A stretch of DNA of 64,000 bases from assembly GCA_019421015.1 (NCBI GenBank), contig JAHZGC010000024.1, forward strand, positions 862 to 64,861, in the 5' to 3' direction. The stretch's first letter is position 1; every line of letters starts with the position of its first letter. Positions 55,236 to 64,000 of the stretch are shown piece after piece. Position numbers and translations under genes: made by a program. The notes under the pieces were generated by a model that was given only the letters and a program-made list of their open reading frames with translations, had not been told where the DNA came from and searched no databases. Origin of the DNA: Coriobacteriaceae bacterium (GTDB taxonomy: Bacteria > Actinomycetota > Coriobacteriia > Coriobacteriales > UMGS124).

Positions 55236-56690
55236 ATGGTCGACACCTGGCGTGCGAACCCTTGGCTCGTGGCTGCGTTCTGCGCCTACACGGTCTGGAC
55301 GTCGGGCATGCCCCTCCTGGAGCTCCAGGCCTGCCCGCAGGGTCTTCCGGTGGGTGCCGCGCTGGTGGGAACCTACCTGGTGTGCGCCGTCGCCTGCGCG
55401 GGGATCAGCCTGTGGTTCCAGCGCACCCACGCGCTTTTTGACAGCACTGGCCATCGCGTGCTCACCTGCGTGCTCATGACCGGCGGGACGCTCTGCGTGG
55501 CCGTGGTGGCCCTCGACGAGCACGCCGGGCCGCTTGGCATGGCGTTGTGGCTCTACGTCGTGGGGTGCGTGGCCGCCGGGGTCGGCCTGGGGTTCTTTCG
55601 CGTCGAGATCGACCGCGCCCTGGGCTGGATCGGCGCGTTCAAGACCTTGCAGGTGGTCATGGGCGGAACGCTCTGCATGACCGCCGTGTACGTGTTGGTC
55701 TCGCTGGTCTCGCTCGCCGCGGTGTGCGTCGCCTATGCGGTGTTGCCGGTGGTGGCCATGGTCCTGCTTCAGCGGGCGGTGGCCCCCTACCCGCTCAAGC
55801 GCTACTATGCGATCAACCGGGAGGTGCCCCTTTTGGTGCCGCGCCAGTTCTTGGCGACCTCCTTTGTGCAGGGCGTGGCGGTGGGTCTGTTCTATGCGGG
55901 CACCCTGTTCTCGTCGGAGGCTCCCTGGGACATGATGCGCAACCCCGTGCTCGCCCTTTCGTGGCTCGTGGGATTTGCGGCCGCGGCCCTTCTGGCCGTG
56001 CGGGCCAAGTACGACTTCAACCGCCTGATCTACAAGGTGGGCTTTCCGCTGGTGGCGCTGGGCTTTGTGGCGATGGCCGTCTTCACACGGGTGCCGGGTG
56101 CCGGCGAGCTGACGTTTCTGACGGCCACCGTCTACCTCGACCTCGTGCTGTGGAGCCTGGGGGCTTACATCATCAAGAACCTGGGCGCGCCTGCCGTGTG
56201 GATTGCCTCGCTGCCCGGGGCTGCCCTCTACGGCGGCATGGCCGTAGGCGCGGCCGTGATGCTGCTCGCCCCGCTGGCTCTGGGACCCGAGGCCCCCGTG
56301 GTGGGCCAGCTGCCGCTGCTCGGAGCCTGCTTCATGCTGTTGAGCTCGCTCATGCTCCTCTCAGACAAAAACGTCAAGAGCGGCTGGGGCACCTTTGCCA
56401 TCGGCTCCCAGGAGGAGCTCTCCACGAGCTTGGGGGCGGCCCTGGCCTGCATCGCGTTGGAGTACGCCCTCACGCCCCGCGAGGCCGACGTCGTCACCTG
56501 CGTTGCCCAAGGGATGTCGCGCGAGGCGGTCGCCGACGCCCTGTGCGTGGGGCCCGAGACCGTCAAGACCCACCTGCGCAGCGTCTACCGCAAGCTCGAC
56601 GTGCACACCCAGACCGAGCTGCGCGCCTTTGTGGCAAAGACCCAGGAACAGCTCAAAGAGGTCGATCCCCAGAAGCCCCTGGAGGAGTAG
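55236..56690 (+). CDS. Polytopic-membrane LuxR-type transcriptional regulator, paralog 4
   Basis: Many TM segments are followed by LTPREADVVTCVAQGMSREAVADALCVGPETVKTHLRSVYRKLDV. The start was set at ATG 55236 after SD GGGAGG, internal to track ORF 54522. Confidence 0.85.
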   Translation: MVDTWRANPWLVAAFCAYTVWTSGMPLLELQACPQGLPVGAALVGTYLVCAVACAGISLWFQRTHALFDSTGHRVLTCVLMTGGTLCVAVVALDEHAGPLGMALWLYVVGCVAAGVGLGFFRVEIDRALGWIGAFKTLQVVMGGTLCMTAVYVLVSLVSLAAVCVAYAVLPVVAMVLLQRAVAPYPLKRYYAINREVPLLVPRQFLATSFVQGVAVGLFYAGTLFSSEAPWDMMRNPVLALSWLVGFAAAALLAVRAKYDFNRLIYKVGFPLVALGFVAMAVFTRVPGAGELTFLTATVYLDLVLWSLGAYIIKNLGAPAVWIASLPGAALYGGMAVGAAVMLLAPLALGPEAPVVGQLPLLGACFMLLSSLMLLSDKNVKSGWGTFAIGSQEELSTSLGAALACIALEYALTPREADVVTCVAQGMSREAVADALCVGPETVKTHLRSVYRKLDVHTQTELRAFVAKTQEQLKEVDPQKPLEE

Positions 56691-56828
56691 AGAGGCGGGC
56701 GGTTACAGACGCGGCACCTCATCCGATTGCCTTGGCCCGGAAAAGACGCCACAGGGGGAGTAGCCGGCGAGAACTTGAGCTATAATCACCTCCACGGTTT
56801 TCGGCGTAGCGGCGGGGGAGGCAGGTAC

Positions 56829-59042
56829 ATGAACGGGCGCGTCAAAGCCTCCACCGTTGCAAAGGTCCTGGTCGGCATCGCCGTCATCGCTGCGGTGGTG
56901 GCCTTCTACCTGACCCAGCTCAACCTCATGGTCACCAACAACACGCTGCACACCATCGAGGAGCTGGCCCAGCACGACAAGCGCAGCATCGAGGCCTACA
57001 TCCGCACCTGCTGGGATGAGCTCGAGAACGTGGCCCAGCGTTTCGAGACCTATAACTGCGACACGCTCTTCGAGACCCAGGCGCGCATGAACCTCGAGAG
57101 CGCCACGAGCGACTTCGACCACATCTACCTGTTGGCCGAGGACGGCAGCGTCTACACCGACAAATACGTGGTCTACGACCTCAAGGAAGGAAGCGACAAC
57201 CGCAACATCGACTTCCTCCGGTTCTTCGACGAGGGGGACACCCGGGTAGTGGCCCGCTGGGACGATAAGGCCGAAGAGCTCGGCATGTCCCAGGAGTACG
57301 TGCTCTACGGCGTGACCCTCGAGGGCTTTGAGGTGGAGGGCGTGCCCATGCGGGCCATCATCGGCCTCAAAGACACCCAGCTCATCCAGCAGTACATCGT
57401 GTTCGACAGCTTTGAGAAGAACGGCAAGCGCCGCGGCTACAGCGCCGTGGTCGACCTCGACGGCAACTACACCATCGGCACCCAGAAGACGATCTACCTC
57501 GACGAGGTCGACAACCTCTACAGCTCCCTAGCAAAGGGTAGCGGTGCGGGGCTTACCGACGAGCAAATCGCCCAAAAGCTCGCCGCCAACGAGACGTTCA
57601 GCTTCAACTACACCGACGCCAACGGGGTGTACAAGCTGCTCTACTTCTCACCGCTCTCCGAGGACATCGACTGGTACTTCATGATGGCCGTCGACAACGT
57701 GGCGTTCACCGAGCGCAGCAACGCCTTTGCCAGCCTGAGCGTGGCCGTGCTCGTGCTCGTGATGCTCGTGGCCATAGTGCTGCTGCTGGCCCTGACGGTC
57801 TCGCACTACCGCACCGTCCAGGCCAACGACCGGGCCCGCTCCCAGGGCGAGTTCCTCTCGAACATGAGCCATGAGATCCGCACGCCCCTGAACGGCCTCA
57901 TCGGCCTCAACCACCTGATCACGACCCACATCGACGACCCCGACCAGCACGAGCAGGTCAAGGGCTGGCTCAGCAAATCGCACGGCACGGCGAACTATCT
58001 GCTGGCGCTGGTGAACGACATCCTTGACATGTCGAAGCTCCAGGCGGGCAAGGTCGACATCGTGCGCGCCCCGCTGCTCGTCGAGTCCGTCTGCGACGCG
58101 GTGGTCTCCATGCAGTGCGACAACGTCGAGCGCCGCGGCGTGGTCCTGACGCTCGACCAACAGATCGAGGTCCCCTGCATCATGGGTGACGCGATGCGCC
58201 TCAAGCAGGTGCTCATGAACGTCTTGAGCAACGCCGTCAAATTCACCCCCGAGGGAGGGTCCATCACGCTGCGGGTGCGCCAAGAGCGTACCGGCGACTC
58301 CCACGTGACCACGGTCTTCTCGTGCCAGGACACCGGGGTGGGCATGAGCCCGGAGTTCGCGGCCACCATCTTCGACGCCTTTAGCCAGGAGCGCCACCGC
58401 AACGACGAGAGCATCAAGGGCACCGGTCTGGGCATGGCCATCAGCAAGTCGTTGATGGAGGCCATGGGGGGCACGATCGCCGTCGAGAGCGAGTTGGGCA
58501 AAGGCTCGACCTTCACCGTGACGCTGCCGTCTGAGGTGGCCGACCACAAGCCCGCCTACCTGGAGCAACGGACCGAGCGGGTCGCCGCTCAGGCCGACGC
58601 CCTGAGCCACAGCTTCCATGCCGACCGGCCCCTCAAGGTGCTGGTGGCCGAAGACAACGAGCTGAACGCCGAGATACTTCTCGAGATCTTGGGCGAGGAG
58701 GGCTTTGAGGTGGTCCATGCCGAAAACGGCCGTCGGGCGGTCGACCTGTTCGAGGCGTCGGAGCCCGGGGAGTTCGACGTGATCCTCATGGACATGCAGA
58801 TGCCCGTGCTCGACGGTTGCGGCGCGGCGCGGGTCATCCGCTCGCTCCAGCGTTCCGATGCGCGGAGCGTGATCATCTTTGCCTGTACGGCGAATACCTT
58901 CCAAGAGGACCGCGACCGGGCCCGTGCGAGCGGCATGGACGACTTTTTGGCCAAACCGGTGGAGATCCAGACGATGCTCGGGAAGCTGCGGGCCGTGAGC
59001 GAGCTGCGCGGCCATGCCGGCGACTCCGACTCCGACGTATAG
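56829..59042 (+). CDS. Hybrid sensor histidine kinase/response regulator with a periplasmic sensor domain
   Basis: TM1 (VAKVLVGIAVIAAVVAFYL) is followed by an extracytoplasmic region of about 280 aa and then TM2. The HisKA motif is SHEIRTPLNGLIGL. The HATPase motif is GTGLGMAISKSLMEAMGG. The C-terminal receiver is KVLVAEDNELN...DVILMDMQMPVLDG. The start is ATG 56829 after SD GGGGGAGG. Confidence 0.88.
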   Translation: MNGRVKASTVAKVLVGIAVIAAVVAFYLTQLNLMVTNNTLHTIEELAQHDKRSIEAYIRTCWDELENVAQRFETYNCDTLFETQARMNLESATSDFDHIYLLAEDGSVYTDKYVVYDLKEGSDNRNIDFLRFFDEGDTRVVARWDDKAEELGMSQEYVLYGVTLEGFEVEGVPMRAIIGLKDTQLIQQYIVFDSFEKNGKRRGYSAVVDLDGNYTIGTQKTIYLDEVDNLYSSLAKGSGAGLTDEQIAQKLAANETFSFNYTDANGVYKLLYFSPLSEDIDWYFMMAVDNVAFTERSNAFASLSVAVLVLVMLVAIVLLLALTVSHYRTVQANDRARSQGEFLSNMSHEIRTPLNGLIGLNHLITTHIDDPDQHEQVKGWLSKSHGTANYLLALVNDILDMSKLQAGKVDIVRAPLLVESVCDAVVSMQCDNVERRGVVLTLDQQIEVPCIMGDAMRLKQVLMNVLSNAVKFTPEGGSITLRVRQERTGDSHVTTVFSCQDTGVGMSPEFAATIFDAFSQERHRNDESIKGTGLGMAISKSLMEAMGGTIAVESELGKGSTFTVTLPSEVADHKPAYLEQRTERVAAQADALSHSFHADRPLKVLVAEDNELNAEILLEILGEEGFEVVHAENGRRAVDLFEASEPGEFDVILMDMQMPVLDGCGAARVIRSLQRSDARSVIIFACTANTFQEDRDRARASGMDDFLAKPVEIQTMLGKLRAVSELRGHAGDSDSDV

Positions 59043-59110
59043 CGAAGGCCCTGCGTGCGGCCGAAGAGACGGCGGTGCCCGGGGCAAAACATAGGGGGGA
59101 TGGTGGGGAT

Positions 59111-60469
59111 ATGGAACGACCGATGGGGCGTCGCGGGTTCGTTGCGCTTGCTGGGGTGGCTGGTTTGTCGGCGTTGGGGCTGGCGGGGTGCGATGCCGCT
59201 CCCTCGAACGGTACCCGCGACGGACGCCCGCGTGTCGAGCTCGTGCTTAAGAGCGCGGCCCAGGAGATGAACTGCGTGAGCGACCCGTCGGTCGACAACA
59301 CCCGTGCTTTTTTGGAGCGGGCGGCCCAGGCCTTCTGCGACCAGTACGAGGACGCCGACGTGTCTGTGCGGGTGCGCATGTTCGCCCTTGCCGACGAGGT
59401 GGAGGCCGTGACCGGCAGCTTCGACACCTCCGATGCCCCCGACGTCTTGTACGGCAGCTTTTTTAACATGATGGGTTACGTGCAGATGGGACGCGTGGTT
59501 CCCCTCGACGACGTGATCTCCGGCGAGTTGCGCTCCGACATCTACGACTTTGCCTGGTCCATGGCCGCCTTTGACGGCAAGACCTACATGATGCCCTTTC
59601 TCGACATGCAGAACGTGCTGATCTACAACAAGCGCTTCTTTGGGGACTGCGGGCTCGACGAGTACTGCGAGGCGGGGAGCGAGATCCAGGACTGGACGAT
59701 GGACCAGTGGACCGAGGTGCTCGACGCCTTGGCCCAAGGGCTGCCTCTTGACGTACACCCCCTTGCCATGTACGCCAAGAACAACCAGGGAGACACCCAC
59801 ATCATGTCGTATCTGCGCGCCTTTGGCGGCACGGTCTTTGATGAGGACGGCTCGTTCGACTTTCAAAGCCCCGAGACGGTGGAGGCCCTGGCGTGGCTCC
59901 AGGGGGGTGTGGAGCGCGGCTGGTACCCGCCCCATGCCGAGAACCTCGAGATGAAGGACTGCAGCGAGCTGTTCTCGAGCAAGAAGCTGGTGATCTATAA
60001 CTTTAACGGCGCCAACAAGAACCTCTACGACGATTTGGACAACTACGGGTTCGTGAACTATCCTGGCGGCGTGGCCACGTCGTTTGTGAACGGCTTTGAG
60101 GTCTTCGACAACGCAGACCCCGAGAAGGTCCGCGTGGCCAAGGACTTTTTGCGCTATGTCTACGCGACGCCCGAGCTGCTCGACCTCTCGGCAGGGACGC
60201 TGCCGGTAAGCGCCTCGGTGGGCCGGCGTTACGCCGACCAGATCCTCATGCTCGAAGAGTTCGAGGCCAACGTGGGCCATGTGGTGAACTTCACGAACAA
60301 CAGTCCCAACTGGCAGGGGAGCGACGATTCGGTGCGCAGCGTCTTTTACCCCCACATCGCCGACCTTTTGGCCGGCCGGGTGACCCCTGAGGAGTGCGCC
60401 GCGGCCCTGGACGCCGACTGCAACGCGGCCTTGGAGGCCGGACGGGAGCGCACCCGGCTGCATGAGTAG
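59111..60469 (+). CDS. Extracellular solute-binding lipoprotein (ABC-type, family 1-like) without adjacent permease or ATPase genes
   Basis: The signal and lipobox are MERPMGRRGFVALAGVAGLSALGLAGC. The protein is about 452 aa with typical SBP composition. The start is ATG 59111, internal to track ORF 58817. Confidence 0.7.
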   Translation: MERPMGRRGFVALAGVAGLSALGLAGCDAAPSNGTRDGRPRVELVLKSAAQEMNCVSDPSVDNTRAFLERAAQAFCDQYEDADVSVRVRMFALADEVEAVTGSFDTSDAPDVLYGSFFNMMGYVQMGRVVPLDDVISGELRSDIYDFAWSMAAFDGKTYMMPFLDMQNVLIYNKRFFGDCGLDEYCEAGSEIQDWTMDQWTEVLDALAQGLPLDVHPLAMYAKNNQGDTHIMSYLRAFGGTVFDEDGSFDFQSPETVEALAWLQGGVERGWYPPHAENLEMKDCSELFSSKKLVIYNFNGANKNLYDDLDNYGFVNYPGGVATSFVNGFEVFDNADPEKVRVAKDFLRYVYATPELLDLSAGTLPVSASVGRRYADQILMLEEFEANVGHVVNFTNNSPNWQGSDDSVRSVFYPHIADLLAGRVTPEECAAALDADCNAALEAGRERTRLHE

Positions 60470-60647
60470 GGGTGTGGGAGGCGGTTGCGCGGTTTTGAAG
60501 ACGTGTGCCGCGCCGTCACGGGCCGTGCGGCCGGTGCTGTCGTGCCCTGCCCAAAATAAGGCCGCCCCGGTTCTCATCCCGAGGCGGCCCTATTGCCCTC
60601 ACTGCCCGTACGCCAGCAGGGTTTGCGCTCCCTGACGGCGGCTTGGT

Positions 60648-61193
60648 TTAAAACTCGATGCCCATCTGCAGGGCGCGCAGGTTCGGTTCGAGCAGGTGTT
60701 GCTTGCGCGGCGGCACGCAGCGCCTGAGTGCGTCCTCAAGGGCTTCTCGGCTGCAGAACTTGGTCTCGGCCCAGAGCTTGCCCACAAGGATGATGTTGGC
60801 CAGGCCCTTGAGCCCGTGCTCCTCGGCCAAGGCCGTGGCGGGCACCTCGAAGACGCGGGTTCCCTCGGGCAGGTCGGATGCGGCCGGCACGCGGGGGACC
60901 ATGGTGCTGTCGACCACGATGACTCCGCCGGGCTCCACCGCGTCGACGAACTTGTCGAGCGAGGGTTGGTTCATGGCCACCAGGGCGTCGGGCTCCACCA
61001 CGAGCGGCGAGCCGATGGGCTCGTCAGAGAGAGTCACGGAGCAGTTGGCGGTGCCGCCGCGCATCTCGGGGCCGTAGCTGGGCAGCCACGAGACCTCGCG
61101 GTCCTCCACCAACGCGGTGTTGGCGATGAGCTTGCCTGCAAAGAGGACGCCTTGGCCGCCGAAGCCGGCGAGCACGATCTTGATGGTCGCCAT
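60648..61193 (-). CDS. 2-oxoacid:ferredoxin oxidoreductase, gamma subunit
   Basis: The motif is MATIKIVLAGFGGQGVLFAGKLIANTAL...SYGPEMRGGTANCSV. The start was moved to ATG 61193. Confidence 0.88.
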   Translation of the reverse strand: MATIKIVLAGFGGQGVLFAGKLIANTALVEDREVSWLPSYGPEMRGGTANCSVTLSDEPIGSPLVVEPDALVAMNQPSLDKFVDAVEPGGVIVVDSTMVPRVPAASDLPEGTRVFEVPATALAEEHGLKGLANIILVGKLWAETKFCSREALEDALRRCVPPRKQHLLEPNLRALQMGIEF

Positions 61194-61194
61194 G

Positions 61195-62064
61195 CTAGTT
61201 GCTCCCTTCGGCAGGCGGGTTGGCGATGGGGCAGTCCTTGGCGCGTTCGCGGGCGGCCTCCTCGATGGAGGCAAAGCCGTCGGCCTTCACGTCCTTGTAG
61301 ACGCCCAGCGGGTAGTAGGGCAGCATGTTCTCGCGCATCCAGTGAAAGGCCTCCTGGGGCGTCTTGCCCCAGTTGGTGGGGCAGGTGGAGACGACCTCGA
61401 CGATGGAGTAGCCCACGCCGTCGCGCTGGTACTCGAAGGCCTTCTTGATGGCCTTCTTGGCCTGGGCGATGTGCTTGGGGGAATCCACCGTGACGCGCTC
61501 GGCGTAGGCCACGCCGTCGAGGGTCGAGAGCATCTCGCAGACGCGCACCGGGTAGCCGGCGCTGTGGACGTCGCGGCCGTAGGGGGAGGTCTGCGTGACC
61601 TGGTTCGGCAGGCTCGTGGGGGCCATCTGGCCGCCGGTCATGCCGTAGATGGCGTTGTTGATGAAGATGACCGTGATCTTCTCGCCACGGGTGGCCGCGT
61701 GCACGGTCTCGGCCATGCCGATGGAGGCCAGGTCGCCGTCGCCCTGGTAGGCAAAGACGATGTTCTCGGGGTGCACGCGCTTCACGGCCGTGGCGACCGC
61801 CGGGGCGCGGCCGTGGGCGGCCTCGATCATGTCGCAGCCAAAGAAGTCGTAGGCCATGACCGAGCAGCCCACCGGGGCGACGCCTACGGTCTGACCCTCG
61901 ATGCCGAGCTGGTCCATGACCTCGCACACCAGGCGGTTCACCAGGCCGTGGGGGCAGCCGGGGCAGTAGGAGTTCTGAACGGGCTCCAGCGACGTCGGGC
62001 GGCAGAAGACGACCTTCTCGTCCTCCGCAAGCTGGGGCTGGATGTCTGCTTTGTAGTCGTGCAC
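61195..62064 (-). CDS. 2-oxoacid:ferredoxin oxidoreductase, beta (TPP-binding) subunit
   Basis: Motifs are CPGCPHG, the TPP-binding motif YQGDGDLASIGMAE, and NNAIYGMTGGQ. The start is GTG. Confidence 0.9.
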   Translation of the reverse strand: MHDYKADIQPQLAEDEKVVFCRPTSLEPVQNSYCPGCPHGLVNRLVCEVMDQLGIEGQTVGVAPVGCSVMAYDFFGCDMIEAAHGRAPAVATAVKRVHPENIVFAYQGDGDLASIGMAETVHAATRGEKITVIFINNAIYGMTGGQMAPTSLPNQVTQTSPYGRDVHSAGYPVRVCEMLSTLDGVAYAERVTVDSPKHIAQAKKAIKKAFEYQRDGVGYSIVEVVSTCPTNWGKTPQEAFHWMRENMLPYYPLGVYKDVKADGFASIEEAARERAKDCPIANPPAEGSN

Positions 62065-62066
62065 GG

Positions 62067-63197
62067 TTACTCACCTGCCTTGGGAGCGTCGGTGGGGGTG
62101 GGGGAGACGCCCAGCTCGGCGGCCATGGCCTCGATCTTGGCCAGGACCTCGCCGGGGGTCGGGATGATGCCGCCGGTGCGGCCGTAGAACTCCACGGGGG
62201 CGCGGCCGTTCACGGCAAGGCGCACGTCGTCGACCATCTGGCCCATGTTCATCTCGACCGAGAGGTAGGCCTTTGCGGTGCCCAGGGTGGCCTCGACGGC
62301 GTCCACCGGGAAGGGCCACAGGGTGATGGGGCGCACCAGGCCGGCCTTGATGCCCTTGGCGCGGGCCGCCACCACGGCGCTGTGGGCGATGCGGGCCGTG
62401 GCACCGAACGAGACGAGCACGATGTCGGCATCCTCGGTCATGAAGCTCTCGGCGCGCTGCTCGCTGGCCTTGATCTGCTCGTAGCGCTCAAAGCGCTCGC
62501 GGTTGAGGCGTTCGAGGTCGGCGGCCTGCAGGTAAAGCGAGTTGGCGACGTTGTGGGCGCGCTCGCCCTTGTGGCCGCAGGTGGCCCAGGGCTTGGCCGG
62601 TAGGCTGGCGGGGTCGATGGGCTCGGGCAGCACCACGGGCTCCATCATCTGGCCGAGCATGCCGTCGGCCAGGAGCATGACGGGCGTGCGGTAGCGGTCG
62701 GCCACGTCGAAGGCCGTGTAGATGAGGTCGGCCATCTCCTGCACGGTGCTCGGGGCGAACACGGGCATGAAGAAGTCGCCGTGGCCCAGGGCACGGGTGG
62801 CCTGCCAGTAGTCGCTCTGGGAGGGCTGGATGCCGCCGAGGCCGGGGCCGCCGCGCTGCACGTTCACGATGACGCCGGGCAGGTCGGCGCCGGCCATGTA
62901 GCTCACGCCCTCGCCCTTGAGCGAGACGCCCGGGCTCGAGCTCGACGTCATGGCGCGGGCACCGGCGGCGCTGGCGCCGTAGACCATGTTGATGGCCGCG
63001 ATCTCGCTCTCGGCCTGCAGATAGGTGCCGCCGATCTTGGGCATCTGTTTGCTCATGTAGGCCGCAAGCTCGGTCTGGGGCGTGATGGGGTAGCCAAAGA
63101 AGAACCGGCAGCCGGCGCGCATGGCGCCCTCGGCCAGGGCCTCGTTGCCCTTCATGAGCACCTTTTTGGGCTTTTCGTGCGTGGTCTTCTCGGCCAT
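62067..63197 (-). CDS. 2-oxoacid:ferredoxin oxidoreductase, alpha subunit
   Basis: The motif is LMKGNEALAEGAMRAGCRFFFGYPITPQTE. The protein is 376 aa. Confidence 0.9.
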   Translation of the reverse strand: MAEKTTHEKPKKVLMKGNEALAEGAMRAGCRFFFGYPITPQTELAAYMSKQMPKIGGTYLQAESEIAAINMVYGASAAGARAMTSSSSPGVSLKGEGVSYMAGADLPGVIVNVQRGGPGLGGIQPSQSDYWQATRALGHGDFFMPVFAPSTVQEMADLIYTAFDVADRYRTPVMLLADGMLGQMMEPVVLPEPIDPASLPAKPWATCGHKGERAHNVANSLYLQAADLERLNRERFERYEQIKASEQRAESFMTEDADIVLVSFGATARIAHSAVVAARAKGIKAGLVRPITLWPFPVDAVEATLGTAKAYLSVEMNMGQMVDDVRLAVNGRAPVEFYGRTGGIIPTPGEVLAKIEAMAAELGVSPTPTDAPKAGE

Positions 63198-63410
63198 CTA
63201 CCTCACCACCGTAATCGCGACGTCGGGGCAGACCAGGTAGCACGTGCCGCACCCGGTGCAGCGGCCCTGCTCCCCCTCTTTGATGCGTGCGGGATGGTAT
63301 CCCTTTGCAGTGATGCGGGCCGGGTCGAGCTCGATGATGCCGCGCGGGCATGCGTCGACGCACAGGCCGCATCCCTTGCAGTAGTGGTCGTCCACGATGA
63401 TTCGTGGCAT
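63198..63410 (-). CDS. 2-oxoacid:ferredoxin oxidoreductase, delta (2x[4Fe-4S] ferredoxin) subunit
   Basis: Motifs are CKGCGLCVDACP and CTGCGTCYLVCP. The protein is 70 aa and is first in the delta-alpha-beta-gamma operon. Coordinates are from the ORF track. Confidence 0.85.
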   Translation of the reverse strand: MPRIIVDDHYCKGCGLCVDACPRGIIELDPARITAKGYHPARIKEGEQGRCTGCGTCYLVCPDVAITVVR

Positions 63411-63865
63411 GGGACTCCTCCCTCTCTTGAATCTATGCGCGGCCGTGGGATCCGAACCATCCGGGCGGGGACGCCCGCGGCGCTGCGGTCAGGTCGCCCC
63501 GGCCTATTGCCAGGGTGTGAGGACGTATCTTCCTACGCGTACGACCGGCTCGCCAAGCGTCCCATCGGAATAACACTGTTGGGCCAGGTGAGCGGGCACG
63601 CAGGTGGGGTAGATGGCCTTCCATCAAGGTCAGGATAAGATTGCCTGGCGGGCATAACGAACATGTCGTTTCCCGTTTATGCTGATGTTGGTGAGAGAGA
63701 CCAATAGGATGCGCTGAGCATGGAGATGCTAAACGCTTTACATTTGTAGTAATTTGACTATCATGCGGGTGAAGCGAATCCTCCGATGTTGCTTCGAGGC
63801 TGTCTGTAAGGGGAGGATGGGGCGTGACATTATTGTCGCCCCATCATTAGAAAAAGGAGGAGTTT

Positions 63866-64000
63866 ATGGATATGAAGAAGTTCGTGTCGCGAGGTGTTTC
63901 TGTTGTTGCCGCAGCTGGACTTGGGCTCTCTCTTGTGGGGATGACCGTGCCTATGCCGTCAGATGCTTGGGCCATTGAAAGCATGGGAGCGGTCCAGGCA
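63866..64000 (+). CDS. 5' end of a secreted protein gene (Sec-type signal peptide), runs off the window
   Basis: A strong SD AAAGGAGGAG lies 5 nt before ATG 63866. The hand translation is MDMKKFVSRGVSVVAAAGLGLSLVGMTVPMPSDAWA-IESMGAVQA. This frame is not the one listed in the track (63754..63978). Confidence 0.45.
   Translation, partial: MDMKKFVSRGVSVVAAAGLGLSLVGMTVPMPSDAWAIESMGAVQA

Noticed and set aside
63198-63410. When hand-translating the delta-subunit gene I obtained an apparent 1-nt discrepancy near 63360. There was a matching 1-nt offset for the alpha-subunit start at about 63195.
   Set aside because: The ORF track, computed from the sequence, gives intact 70-aa and 376-aa ORFs with perfect family motifs. 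The discrepancy is most likely my manual counting or reading error. Track coordinates were used, and no frameshift is claimed.

Overview
This is a high-GC (roughly 65%) chromosomal segment. Gene content suggests an anaerobic Coriobacteriia/Eggerthellaceae-type actinobacterium, but that is inference only: no searches were run, and all calls rest on hand translation, recalled motifs and the supplied ORF track. Hand-derived coordinates for non-CDS features may be off by 1-2 nt.

**Layout**
- **1-14.2 kb: compact selenocysteine locus.** It holds a Tat-exported formate dehydrogenase alpha subunit with an in-frame UGA (minus strand, runs off the window). Next come a second, non-FDH Tat-exported molybdopterin oxidoreductase that also carries an in-frame UGA, its 4-cluster Fe-S partner, selA, selB and tRNA-Sec (selC). 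A stand-alone cytoplasmic molybdopterin enzyme follows.
- **14.4-16.8 kb:** a CorC/CNNM-type transporter and a FocA-like formate/nitrite channel.
- **16.9-22.4 kb: gene-decay and rearrangement zone.** It contains a LuxR 3' remnant, a 5'-truncated flavoprotein, a low-GC polysaccharide-locus fragment with a truncated flippase and a frameshifted acetyltransferase, unidentified remnants, and a flavoprotein fragment split by a MITE.
- **22.4-60.5 kb:** mostly substrate-inducible reductase modules. Five Tat-signal FAD flavoprotein reductase paralogs are present. Three of them sit divergently from a polytopic-membrane LuxR-type regulator.
- **One module is different.** A fourth LuxR regulator is paired with a Tat-exported Cys-rich Fe-S protein of unknown function plus an orphan hypA, instead of a flavoprotein.
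- **Interspersed genes:** LysR, a HepT/MntA toxin-antitoxin pair, an AlkD-like gene, DegV, a GIY-YIG/GNAT fusion, an alanine/cation symporter, a HemW-like radical SAM gene, a LytTR/AgrC-like two-component system, an ECF sigma/anti-sigma pair, a MATE pump, and a hybrid kinase with a solute-binding lipoprotein.
- **60.6-63.4 kb:** a four-subunit 2-oxoacid:ferredoxin oxidoreductase operon.

**Non-genic structure**
- An orphan 4-repeat type I-C-like CRISPR array with no cas genes in the window.
- A roughly 180-bp AT-rich element family with terminal inverted repeats (3 full copies plus 1 partial). Each full copy is preceded by a G-quadruplex-type G-run tract.
- A roughly 105-bp GC-rich, TA-flanked palindromic MITE family (3 copies), one of which interrupts a coding sequence.
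- A 240-bp composite inverted repeat carrying five TTTGCGAYT motifs.
- Paired direct-repeat boxes in the regulator/reductase intergenic regions.
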